The notes beneath the pieces were generated by a model. The model was not told the DNA's origin and made no database searches. It saw nothing but the letters and a program-made list of their open reading frames with translations. Source: Trichosphaerium sp. ATCC 40318 (lineage: Eukaryota > Protista > Tubulinea). Taken from it: 64,000 nucleotides of DNA. Made by a program: the position numbers and the translations under genes. Shown in pieces: positions 25,773 to 37,274 of this stretch (within the stretch, counting starts at the first letter, position 1; each line of letters starts with the position of its first letter). Location of the stretch: NCBI GenBank assembly GCA_038496445.1, contig JALMLS010000103.1, forward strand, positions 124,001 to 188,000, given 5' to 3'.

Positions 25773-26708
25773 ATGAATACTCTCATTTTACTTGCGCTGG
25801 CTTGCGTTATCGCTGTAACTACAGCACAATGGAACCCACGGCATCCTGGTTGGACAGACAGTTATTCTCGAGGTGGTAGATGCTGGTGTCGTTCTAGTAA
25901 CTTCGATCACGACCTAGACGACATTACAAAAGTTTGGTTCGTTATCAACGGCGTAAGAAGAAACATCAGAACAATCTGTGAAGAACTCGAGAAGCACCCA
26001 AACTACGCACCATTCAGGGATGGTACCGACCCACCTTACAACGATATTCAATGCGGTAACGGTCCACCAAACACTGCCGCTGATGAAACAGGGTGTCCTG
26101 GAAGAACCGATCTAGGACCTAGCGGATGTAACAATATTGGTGTAAAATGGGATGTCGCTTGGCTCAGAGGGCGTCCAATCTTCGGCGGCGGTAGTACCCC
26201 TCCACCACCAACTGGTAATACATTTATTATCCGTAAAGGAAATGCAAATGGGTTCGCTCTTGATGGCGGTAATGGCGCATCTAACAACCAAAATGTAAAG
26301 CTTTGGACGTACCGCAGATCAAACGTAAACCAACAATTTGAACAAATCTCCAGAAGCGGCGGTTTTGTTTCGTTCAAGAAAAAGAACACAAATCATTGTT
26401 TAGATGGTGGTTCTGGAGGACGTAGAGGACAAAATTTGAAGTTGAATCCTTGCGGTACCAATAACCAAAATCAACACTGGAGGAAGGTTAGTGGTCGTTA
26501 CTTTTTTTCTTTTTTTTTTCTTGAAAGGTTCATCTTTTTAATTTTTTTTAAGGTGAATGTTGGCGGTGGTAAAACAAGACTTCAGAAGAGGAACGCCGGT
26601 GGATTTTCTATTGATGGAAACAACGGTGGTGCAAGAAACCAAAATGTCTACTTGTGGAGCTCATCCAACTCAAACGGAAATCAACAATGGATCTTAGAAA
26701 GCGTATAA
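25773..26708 (+). CDS. Secreted protein: Cys-rich N-terminal domain plus ricin-B (beta-trefoil) lectin; one 66-nt intron 26487-26552
   Basis: Signal peptide; Pro/Gly linker; three QxW/QxF subdomains (NQQF, NQHW, NQQW); the Phe-rich stretch in the ORF track is the in-frame intron. Confidence 0.85.
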   Translation: MNTLILLALACVIAVTTAQWNPRHPGWTDSYSRGGRCWCRSSNFDHDLDDITKVWFVINGVRRNIRTICEELEKHPNYAPFRDGTDPPYNDIQCGNGPPNTAADETGCPGRTDLGPSGCNNIGVKWDVAWLRGRPIFGGGSTPPPPTGNTFIIRKGNANGFALDGGNGASNNQNVKLWTYRRSNVNQQFEQISRSGGFVSFKKKNTNHCLDGGSGGRRGQNLKLNPCGTNNQNQHWRKVSGRYFFSFFFLERFIFLIFFKVNVGGGKTRLQKRNAGGFSIDGNNGGARNQNVYLWSSSNSNGNQQWILESV

Positions 26709-27142
26709 AGATTGTATTTCAATAAACTAGCCTTTTTACACTGTATTATTTGCTTTAGTTTTGTTTATCATCAATACAATGCACCACAATAGAAACATTG
26801 TCATAAGTAAGGTACCTTGTTTCAGAATATGCAGTTGGAACGTTATATTTCATCAACAAATGCAACAGCTCAACGGTAATTCTTTCTGGTGGTCTTTACG
26901 GATTATGTGTTGTTGAGTGATAAAAACCGATAAGTATTAAACATCACGTGTCTTCAATGGTTGAACTGTTTGCCATGTCTCAAACAATTAGATGATTAAA
27001 TTGCTGCCGTAAAAATTGTAGTTCCAGCCGTTCGGCCACAAAGCAACGATTTTTATTGGTTTTTGTTTAAATACGAACGTTGACTAGTCTAATTAGCGCC
27101 GTGACACCACCGCAAGAATGCTACTGGAGAGTTGAGGGTACC

Positions 27143-29424
27143 ATGCATCTAAACGCGTTTAGAAGCCGTTTTATTATACGGCGCGCTACAATGCATCGCT
27201 ACGGCGCGTGCATGCCTTCGTATGCGGGTTTCGCGACGGTACGTCTTTAATTACCCCCAAAATTATTTAACTATGCTCCTTACGCATTAAAACCGCGTAT
27301 TGATTGGTATTTTGGAGTTACACCGCTTTATTAATTTTCTTTCCATAAAATACGTTCACACGCTCAAAAAACCGTTATGTAGGCGATAAATAATGAAACC
27401 AACGATATTAACGCAACCAGAAGCAAACATATGAGAAAATACTTGAGAAAAAAGCAGAACGATTCAGATTTCTCTGTCAGAACTTTCACCTCTGCAGTGC
27501 CACAAATAGATGATTTTGACTTTTCCTTAAATGAACTACGTTCTTTACGAAGTGAAGGACATGAATTGAACTCACGTGCTTACGCATCTGTCTTTCGTTT
27601 AGCTCCAAACTTGGAAGAAGCAATTTCACTTATTCCGGAGATGCAAAAAGATAAAGTACCTATTGACGTTGTCATCTCTTCTACAATTCTTAAGATAAGT
27701 GGTGGCGAAAAAGACCCAGAGAAGAGCTTATTTGCTATGGATAAACTTATTGATTTGGGATATAATCCAGATGTTAAGGCATACAATAACTTGTTAAATG
27801 TTTTTGTTAGAAATCATCGAGTTGACTTAACTCTAAAGAAACTTAATGAGATGGAGTCAAAAGGCTTTAAACCTAATTTATATACACATAACTTGATTCT
27901 TACATTATGGGCGAATGAAGGTAATATAGATGAAGCTATGAGTCAGTTTGATTTTATGGAATCAAAGAATGAGACAAATTGTATTACACATGAAATAATC
28001 TTTGAATTGTTCGCTAAGAAGGATAAGATAAAAAGAATAATTAAACATTATGATTATATGGTATCAAAGAATATAGTACCAAGTACAAAAGCATATACAA
28101 CTTTAATATGTGCATTGTCAAGAGTTGGTAATAATTATGATGAAAAAATTTTAAAGGTTCACCAAGATATGCTCGAGAATAATGTTAGGACAAGTATTAT
28201 AATTCAAAATATATTAGAAAATGTAACAAAATTACAAGACACAAACGGATTCGTACTAGGTACATGTCTAAGGGTTTTTTTAAGCGAAATTGTTTATGTC
28301 CTAACTTTCTCTCTTTTTTCTTAGAAAAAGACTTACATGATGCCATGGAAGCTTGCCTTTTGCCTGCATTGGCAGGGTTTATAATGGAAGAAGTTGATAT
28401 GGTTAAGCGTATGAAGACTGATTTTAAAGGTTATGATATCGAAATATGTGAAACAGACAAGCACATGATAAAACAGCTTGACGTTCTTATCACGAAACTA
28501 AAAACATATCCTTGGTTATCGATTGATCTTGAAGGTATTGTGAACAGAATAACAGTAATTCAAGTACGCTATTTGGTTAACAAGAGTGTTGGTTTATTCA
28601 CTTATGTTTAGATGTGCGTTGATAAGAAGGTTTTAGTGTTGCACTCACAAAGGTCATGGAGTGATGATGTAATAAAGAGTATGGATTTTTGGTTTACTTT
28701 TGGTATTTTATTAAACATTCTCTTTTCTTAAGGATTGAAGCAAGTTGTTGAAGATACTTCTATAACAAAGATGTTTTGGGCTTATCACTGGGACGTTAAA
28801 GTATTCAACAAACACATGGGTATGCGCTCAATACATTTGACTTGAATTTTTACCATCGAGATTGTGTTTGTTCTAGGTTTTTTTTAAATGGGTCATAGGA
28901 ATTAACGTCAAAAATATACTGGACCTACAATTAGTCCATCAGAAGATGGAAAAGCAATCACGTGTTCTTGGTTTAGCAAAGGCAGCTGCAAAGTATACAA
29001 ACCGCGATTGTACGCTATCTTTTTTTTTACTTGACTGTGAGCTTAGAACTTCTACTCTTTTACAGACTTGCTCATGTTGAACTTGATCCAGATCGGCCTG
29101 TTCTTTGCCTTGGATAATTAGAAATTACTTTAAATTATCCTCACAACATTTTACACTCATCTCCTCTTATTGCATCTTTATTCACCTTCTCATTTAGATG
29201 TCAAACATAATAATGTAATGTCAGCTCTGATGAAAGGATCACGAGGTCGTTATTGGTCCTCTTTTAAAACACTCCCTTCTTCAGCAAAATTTTATGCAAT
29301 TTCTGACGTTTTGAGTATACAAGAACTTTTTATCGCTTTTTTGAAGCTAAACATTGACTTCAATGAAACAAGGTTTATACATCCTAAAGACAAGAAAAAG
29401 GCTTCTCCGTATGCCATACAATAA
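27143..29424 (+). CDS. Mitochondrial PPR protein with C-terminal DEDDy 3'-5' exonuclease domain, multi-exon
   Basis: Arg-rich presequence MHLNAFRSRFIIRRAT; PPR motifs (PDVKAYNNLLNVF, PNLYTHNLIL, PSTKAYTTLICAL); exonuclease motifs SIDLEG, HWDVK, FYAISDV. Confidence 0.8.
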
Positions 29425-29891
29425 AAATAAATGTAATCATTACTGAAGTATGTTTCAGAGCAAGCTAGGCCATCATACAAAATGAGTCACCGTGGTGCAA
29501 ATAGTAGTTTAGTGTTAATGCATGAAGTACTGTATAGTTGTAGCGATTGTTTTATTAGTAGGCAAATCACGTTTTTGTGCAAATATGGGTTACACTGTGT
29601 CAAGGTTGGTTGCAATTACAGCTTCTTGTCAGTGTTGTAGTGTGCGTGTTGCTTCAATTAATTACAGAACTGAATCTTGTACCAAAAAACAGCATCAGTT
29701 CTGGCTTAAACTTGTACGTGACAATTGCCAGGTTTTATTACAATTTTTGATCCCTCTTTAGCGTCTACAAACAATGTAGTATACATAAGTTCTACCCCAA
29801 ACACAATAAGTCAACCAGAGTACCTAATTTCAGATAACCAGCAACGTCAGCTTTTATCTGCTTTGAAAATAGAAGCAAGTATAAGGCTACA

Positions 29892-30471
29892 ATGGGTGCA
29901 TCATTTAATAAGGCTCAACGGCTATTCGGCTATGACATCCAGATGTACACTGTTTTAATGGTAGGGTTAGATGCAGCAGGTAAAACCTAGCTTCTGTTAC
30001 TAGCTAATCTCGCATGCAGGTAAAACAACGATTGCTTATAAGCTAAAAGATGGTGAGGAAGTAGTAACAATGCCAGAAATTGGTTTTAACGTGGAACGAA
30101 TTCCCTACAATAATATTGCATTCACAATCTTTGATTTCGGAGGAGACACTGTAAGACATGAATGGCAGAGAGAATACGATAAAGGAGCAAGTGCGATAGT
30201 ACTTGTAGTAGATAGTAACGATAGAGACCGTATAGAGGAAGCACGAGGCCAACTATCAAGGATGCTAACAACAGATGCACTAAAAGGTGCACCTATACTG
30301 GTGTTTGCAAACAAGCAAGACTTACCAAAAGCTATGACACCTTCTGAAGTAACTGAAGAGTTGGGCTTGTCTAACTTACGTGGTAGAAAGTGGCACACTC
30401 AAGGGACATGTGCGCCTTATGGTGAAGGGTTGCATGAAGGGTTGGACTGGTTGTCAATGATCTTTAAATAA
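29892..30471 (+). CDS. Atypical Arf-family small GTPase; one 40-nt intron 29980-30019
   Basis: MG myristoylation start; GLDAAGKTT; FANKQDL; TCA; [11 protein letters not shown]. Confidence 0.9.
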
Positions 30472-30737
30472 GGTAAATTGTATTGGTACCTGTAGAAAGT
30501 GTTATTTGTCAGCATTGGCACATTTTTTGTTCGATGAAATATGTACACCTGCCAAAGCGTTTGATATAAAATCCTTCATCCGTGGATACATTAGTTTCAG
30601 AAGCACCTACTAGCACGGGACTCCGCAGATTAGACTTCAAAAAACAGTCGTAGTAGGTCAAGAGAAACCGCGCGAAAAATTTTTGTTGCATCTTCATAAT
30701 AAAATTTTCAGTTCAAAGAGAAAACAAGATTAAACCT

Positions 30738-33700
30738 ATGGAACCTAAGCGCAATAGTAAAGTGGTTGTATCTGACGATGCATCGAATCCAATACACGTT
30801 CCAGAACTAGCTTGTAAGATATTTCAGTATTGTACCAACGATACTCAACAAGCCTATCCCGTACTACTGTATGTTCAGAATACGCCATTTATTTCATTAT
30901 TAACACAACTTAGAGACATTTTAATAAAATATCAAAAGACCCACGCCTTACGACATGGTTCGATTTACCTGGCCGCATAGAAGCCGTAGAGGATTTTACA
31001 GCAATCAAATTCGTTGAGAACGCCGAAAAGTCACAAGCTCTCTTTAAGGGTTATAACAACACTTTATCGAAGCATGTAGAGCCACTTGTAGATGCAGGCC
31101 CAGTTCTAGAAGCAGCACGTGAATGGAGAATGCAGTATGTCACCTTTAAAAAAAACCTCTTATTTCCCGCTTCAAACTCATTTTCAAAGCTTCTCAGGCG
31201 CCCCTGTCAAAGCCAAGAACCTTGGATACGAACATCTAGGTCTTGTTGATAAGGACGACAATGTGCTTTGTGTTTTAAAACCCTTGCCATTACCAGAATC
31301 TACTATTGCAGCTTTTGCTGCATTAACAAGTGACTTGAGATACTATCCAGACTTGTTTCGTTACAGATTTGAAGAAGTAGATATTAATAAGAGTCTCGTG
31401 TTTATGTATAGGAATATAGCAGAGAAGGCTTACAGGTTTTATATACAAGTTAACTTCAAAAAGTGCGTCACCACAAAAACACGTGGAGAAGAAAACAACT
31501 TTCCAAAAAAAAAAAGTTAATGTTGTTTGTTCCTAGGTTCAAAGAACTGTTTGAAAGTTCTGATGATATGGATTGTGATGAAGAGGAGCGTGATGATCAA
31601 CGGCAAAGTATATTCAAGCATATTGGTGTATTTGTTGAAGCCAAGGGGACACAAGATAAGGAAATGAAAACTGTACGTCATAGCTCTTTCTTTATTCTCA
31701 GTTTTGTTCAAAAAATTGATTGCTTCTCTTAGAATTATCACAAAGTTGTATTTGGTCCTAAAAAGGGTCGTCCTGCATTAATTTCAGGGACAGATATGTT
31801 AGTACCATACGAGACTGCTAAGTTAATGATGAAATTACGTAAGTTACAAAAGTCTGAAGAAATTTACGTCAAATTGCATGATTCTCTCAGAGAAGCATTG
31901 TTGAACAACCAGTTTGCAAAGGTAGAATCTTCAGTCTATGGTTCAATTTGGTTTATTCTAACGACTTGATTTCAGGGTGAAAAGTTCGCTTATCCATTAG
32001 TGCAAAAGTATACAGTTCCTGAATTGAACAGTGGTAACCTTGACTTTCTAAAAGGTGCATATTCTTTTTTTGAATCATTTAATTCTCATCACTTAAACTT
32101 GTTTTTGCTTTTTAGGTGAAGATGCGATAATGTTGACTACCTTAAACCGCCTCAAACTGAAGGTAACTGTAGCACCTATAGTAGAAATAATTAAAAAACA
32201 CCCAAGACCTACACATGTTGGTATGTATTGTGCGTTACATGCAGATCAAAAGATTGTACTGCAAAATGTATATAATGACGTGACATACAACAACACAACA
32301 ATAAAATGTCACAACAACACAACAACAAAGTGACACAACAACACAACAAGCTGACGGCAAAATGTACAAAGTACAATTGTAACAAAAATTAACACACAGC
32401 CATTAGAAATATGTACACATTGTGTCTAAACATGTGCAGTAAAAGCTCACAATGGTCTGAAAATCAGAAAGTGTGAAAATATTACTCCTGTGTCGTCACA
32501 GACATTAAAAACACTGCACAGTAGGCAAGACTTATTCGCAAATCCAGAAAATAACAAAATCTAATATTTATTTGTAGACAGCTTACATAGTATTTCTAAC
32601 TGAAAAATCACACACAGCTTGGTTACGATGACATACATAATAATAAATACAATTTTTCTATTAAATATTTTACTAGCATGCTGTGTGATGAACAGAGTAC
32701 ACCTGATTTCTTCTTCTGAAAAACTCGTTATTGAAAAAAAAAAATTATCAAATTACGCACAATGCACTTGAGTAAATGCCCCACTAATGCTGCGTCCACA
32801 ATTGTCTCATGTTCATTAGTGTACAAGTGAGTGTGAACAAGAGGTTCTGGTAACCCATACAATTGATGTGTGTTTGCGTAGTATTGTAGTGCTAGCTCAT
32901 CATCAAGTTGTTCAAGCTCTTCTTCCTTTTTTTTCTTTCTTGATTGTTGCTCCATGCGCATTTGTGCAGCGTGAGCGTGCTAAACTAGTTAGTGAAGGCT
33001 TGTAACAATTACACTACCTTTTTTTGGCGTTTTATGCGGTTTTGGAATTGTTTAACATCCTAATTGCATTTAACAAGCAAAAAAAAACACGTGATTGTTT
33101 GGTCTACAAAATTAAGCACGAAAATTGTGATAACGTTTACCTCCTCACACTTGCTAGTAAATTTGCGTTTGGAACGCTATATAATCATTAAAATTACTGT
33201 ACGTTTGGTAAAACTTACTGTTCGGACAGCGATGACATTATTGATGTCGTCTACGTCCTACTCGTATTAGTACTAACTATTAAACCAAAAAAAACCACGT
33301 GGTACGTTTTTTCTTCCCAAAATGTAGCCTTTTCCGCTGAACTAATCAAATTAGCATTATCTTTGTGTGCGGTGTACCTTTGAGGATAGGAGTGCAGCCT
33401 AAAATTACATGTGAGTGAAAACTACCAAAACGCATAAACTCAAACGTACGTCTTTTTTTTCTGGCTTGTCTGGTGTGTGGATTGATTTTTCTTGTTCAAG
33501 GTTTGAAAACAAGTTTGGAGAGTAAACTAATCAGCGTTACACCCATCTTGAAAATTACATACTTGCTTGTTTGACCTCACGTTCAGGTGTAGACAAAAGG
33601 TAATTGTATTCCGCTAACTCCTCTAAAGTGAAATTAAAACGCAGGTAGGTTACACAAAGACATACTAGGTGGACTGTTTTTCCACTGTTTTTGTGATGCC

Positions 33701-35937
33701 AAGTTTTTTAATTCTTCCAGCGCACTATTATATTGCTCCATTTGCTTCAAACGTGCTTGAATGTTGCTAGAACCCAGGGACGCTCTGATTTTTGCTTCAT
33801 CCACCTGACGTTTACTTTTAATGCTATTTTGTAGCTTCGTAGCCTATAACATTGAGATGCAAACAAAAAACTCTCTTGTACCAGCTGCTTCAACTGAATG
33901 TTGGTCCTCAGGTCTTTACCATGGCCGTCTGTGTGAGGAATGTTATTTCAAATGTAGCACAAATAAACGTACAGCGGCTTTGTTTACACCACGTTTTGCT
34001 TAGGCAAATTACATCTTCATTATTTACTTGAGGACACCTGTGTTGTCTACCATTCCGTTTGAACCTCATATCACTCTTAACAAGATGACAAATGGTACAT
34101 ATATGGCCTCTATTATTGCGCAATGGTATAGGATCAACTGGATAACCTGCTGGTCTAGGTGGATCAGGAGGTACGTGTGTCATTGTTTAATAAACTAAAT
34201 GTATTTATTTTTCCATCACAAAATCACATATGGCAACAGAAAAAGCTAATTATATGTTAGGTTTGGCTGCCGCAGTAGGTGGTCAAAGCTTTGCTAGAAA
34301 GCTTTTTGGAGCATCTGCTGGAAAGACAAAATACTGGCTCACAAAATTTGTAGATCCCACCTTTCATAGCAACAAAAATGGGGGGCTTCGCACAACAAAG
34401 TTTACTCCAGGTAGATTTTTTTTTTGAGTTTAGTTAATTGTCGTTTAGAGCAAGAAAAAAATGTGTGGGATGTTGTACTTTTTTTACACAGTGTGGACCC
34501 CCAACTGACGTTGATTGAGTATGCCACGGTAATCAACGAATTAATTGTGCCATATAAAATCTCTAGAGCATGGATATCACGGAGATTTATTGCTATGGGG
34601 TGGACTTGGAAAGTATGAACATATAAATTTTTTGATATTTTTTTATTTATTTTTTTGCAGGTTGTGGAGCACAAGCAAATTCAAAAATACACTCCAGAAA
34701 ATATGTTACACTATAACAGGTTTCTTTCTTTTGTATTGTCAGTGTCTCCATCACAGTTAAAGTTTGCAGACGAGACACACTTTGTTTCTAAAAGTTTGTA
34801 TTTTTTTTTTTAATTTTTTTTTTTCACTTTTTTTTTAGGCAACTATCGAAAATATGGCCGAGGCCCTTGTGGCCATAAAGTAGTAGTTATTAATGAACCT
34901 ATTCTAAGTAAGTCCGCTAACCTAACTATATTGACGTCACTTACTGCAGATGTACGTTTTTATCCCAACAATCGTTTTTTCTCAAATTTCTATTAAAAAA
35001 ATTATATAGGTTCCAGTGCTTGGTATGTATCATAAACAGAAGAACACACAGCATGATTGGGCGTCTTTTGTTTACTATGCACTAAAAAATGATTATTTGG
35101 TGGCCGGAGATATTTTGGTATGTGATAATGCCCCTATTCACTGTGCCGACAAAGTACTAGTACTAGTAACAGAGGCTTGTGAATCAAAAAATGTGAAATT
35201 ATTATTACTACCAACTTATTCACCGGAGCTAAACCCTTGTGAACTTGTATTCGGAACAGTAAAAAATCACATCCGTTATTACAGAGGAAAAGAGCCTTTA
35301 GATGTAGAAGTAATGATGGCATTGTCAAGAATTTCAAAAACAAAACTTAAAAACTTTTATAAAAAATGTCGTGGTGGTGTAGAGCTTGAATAAATTTTGG
35401 CCTGTACTTATTAAAGTAACTTCATTAAACAGCAAACTTGTTCTTTTTATTGAGTACTATTAATAGATCTTGCCATACTGTGCACTTGTCTACTGTACAT
35501 TTTGCCGTCAGCTTGTTGTGTTGTTGTGTCACTTTGTTGTTGTGTTGTTGTGACATTTTATTGTTGTGTTGTTGTATGTCACGTCATTATGTACATTTTG
35601 CAGTACAATCTTTTGATCTGCATGTAACGCACAATAGTACAATACTAGTTACTCGCTTTTTTTCTTTATTTCTTCTTTTGACTCTTTTGTAGGCAGCAAA
35701 TTCCACAAGCCTGCTTATACAGGCCAAGAAGAGGATTATAAAATCGTTGAAATGTTCTTGGAAGAACTTGAATTGGAAGAAACTAATTTCTTTTGGCTTA
35801 AAGCAATGCCCAAAAAACTTATGTTAATACACGCAAAAGTAAGGCTGTTTGATGATGAGACTTTTCAAACCTTCAATCAAACTTATAGAGCACATCCAAT
35901 ACTTATCGCTACAATCATTGATGAAACATTAATTTAA
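30738..35937 (+). CDS. Hypothetical multi-exon protein with F-box-like N-terminus; last intron carries the Tc1/mariner element
   Basis: HVPELACKIFQYC...RHFNKISKD; chain of GT-AG introns; donor at 32221 and acceptor at 35692 join in frame to the final exon ending 35937; 5' exon junction uncertain. Confidence 0.6.
32228..32368 (+). repeat. Left TIR containing three ACAACAACACAACAA sub-repeats (mirrored at ~35494-35634)
   Basis: Seen directly in both ends of the element. Confidence 0.9.
32420..34183 (-). CDS. Second, multi-exon gene inside the transposon; N-terminal CxxC...HxC motif and K/E-rich stretches; 3' end uncertain
   Basis: ATG 34183 (MTHVPPDPP...HICTICHL...QHRCP); further exons (KIRASLGSSNIQARLKQMEQYNSALEELK; MRMEQQSRKKKKEEELEQLDD) separated by GT-AG introns. 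Confidence 0.6.
34230..35393 (+). CDS. DD38E IS630/Tc1-mariner transposase, 5 exons, intact
   Basis: Four GT-AG introns splice to a continuous frame: KFADETHF (D1), VCDNAPIH (D2), LPTYSPELNPCE (E, 38 residues after D2). Confidence 0.92.
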
Positions 35938-36473
35938 ATAGAGGGAAATAAACTATTACAAAATGCCAGAATTGATCCAGACTATCAAGAAAAAAGATTA
36001 TCGATAACCCCATTTTTCAGTCTATCGTTACTCATAACCTAAATAATTTCCATCCCTCATATTTGATGAAATGGATGCTACCAAGTGAATTACATATTTT
36101 ATGCCTGTTACAACGTACTGAATGCTCATTGTGATGAACAAATACAAACTAAAAAATGAGATTCTTATCGATACTTTTTTCTACGAAAATCGGCTCAATT
36201 CCACCCAGTTGGATTGAAAGCTGAGAGATAGCGTTCTTTCATAAACTGGTGACGAGCTCAATTCGTCTATTTAATGTTCTTCAACCTTTGTCCTTAGAGT
36301 TGCAAACAATATTAATTAGTGACCCTCTGCTCGTTTATTGTCCGAGCAACAAGCTGTTTAAACTGGCCGTTATTAAGTCGTTATCGAACCAAAAACTATT
36401 CAAAGATATTCAACATAAGTATTTTTTTCCTGGACAATTTTTTTTCAAATAGTTCAATAATACTTCAAACGCA

Positions 36474-36797
36474 ATGACAGACGCAAACAATGTTGAAACT
36501 ACTGTAAAGAAGCTCCTATAAGGACCAGCAGCATGGGCAAAACACTGCAAGACCGTTAAGATGATGTCAAGTGCTACAGTTCGTACAAACCATGAAACGT
36601 TCAAAAAGTTGGTAGAGATAGGTAAACCTGCTCTACCAACTATATTCAAGTCGTATAAGAAAAAAGAACACAGTTTGCTCTATTTCTTCCTTCTAGAAGC
36701 AATAATAGCCGGAGATATATATGAGGATGTCCCAGGCGTACGACAACAGAATAGACAAGATTGGCTAGCCTATGCAAGGGAAAATGGGTATTTGTAA
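36474..36797 (+). pseudogene. Intronless small-protein gene with in-frame TAA at codon 16 (36519-36521)
   Basis: MTDANNVETTVKKLL*GPAAWAKHCKTVKMMSS...HETFKKLVEIGKPALP...WLAYARENGYL is collinear across the stop; a 78-aa ORF remains from 36561. Confidence 0.55.
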
Positions 36798-37274
36798 AGT
36801 TACACACAATGTAAAAAATAAACGACAAAAATAGAAAAAAAAACCACAAAGACATTTACTACGAGTAATGAAATTCTTTCGTTTGCAAAAATTGTCAGTA
36901 GAATGTTGTATCAATAAGACACTCTCCACGCGCATTATACTAGAGTAAGGCTCTTGACAATTAATTGTCGGCACGTGTAAAAAACTTGTGAACCAAAACA
37001 AACAAGAAACACTTTACTATTTAAGGAGTTGACTGAAATAATGTGTCTTTCCTAGATGAGCCACCCGCTAGTTTGAAAGCCATCCGTTGACATGTCCCAT
37101 GGAACACTTAGTGTGATTATAAGAGCAGAAAGTCATGTGCTTGGTACTGATCGGAGATGGCATGGGAAAAGGTGATATCAGAAAAAAAGTACATTATTTT
37201 GGCTTCAAGTTTTGTCGCCTAACCACAATCGTCGCACAAACTAAATTAACAGCTTACGTGTGAATTGCATTATT

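Larger units (their letters stand above)
32228..35634. mobile_element. IS630/Tc1-mariner superfamily DNA transposon, 3.4 kb, ~140-bp TIRs, TA TSD
   Basis: TIR TTGTGCGTTACATGCAGATC... at 32228-32368 matches the reverse complement of ~35494-35634 with one visible mismatch; TA at 32226-32227 and 35635-35636; encodes a DDE transposase. Confidence 0.95.

Noticed and set aside
32281-32350. ACAACAACACAAC repeats as CRISPR or telomere
   Set aside because: Sub-repeats of the transposon TIR, mirrored at the other end; no spacers
36519-36521. In-frame TAA as evidence for an alternative genetic code
   Set aside because: TAA, TAG and TGA all terminate conserved genes in this window
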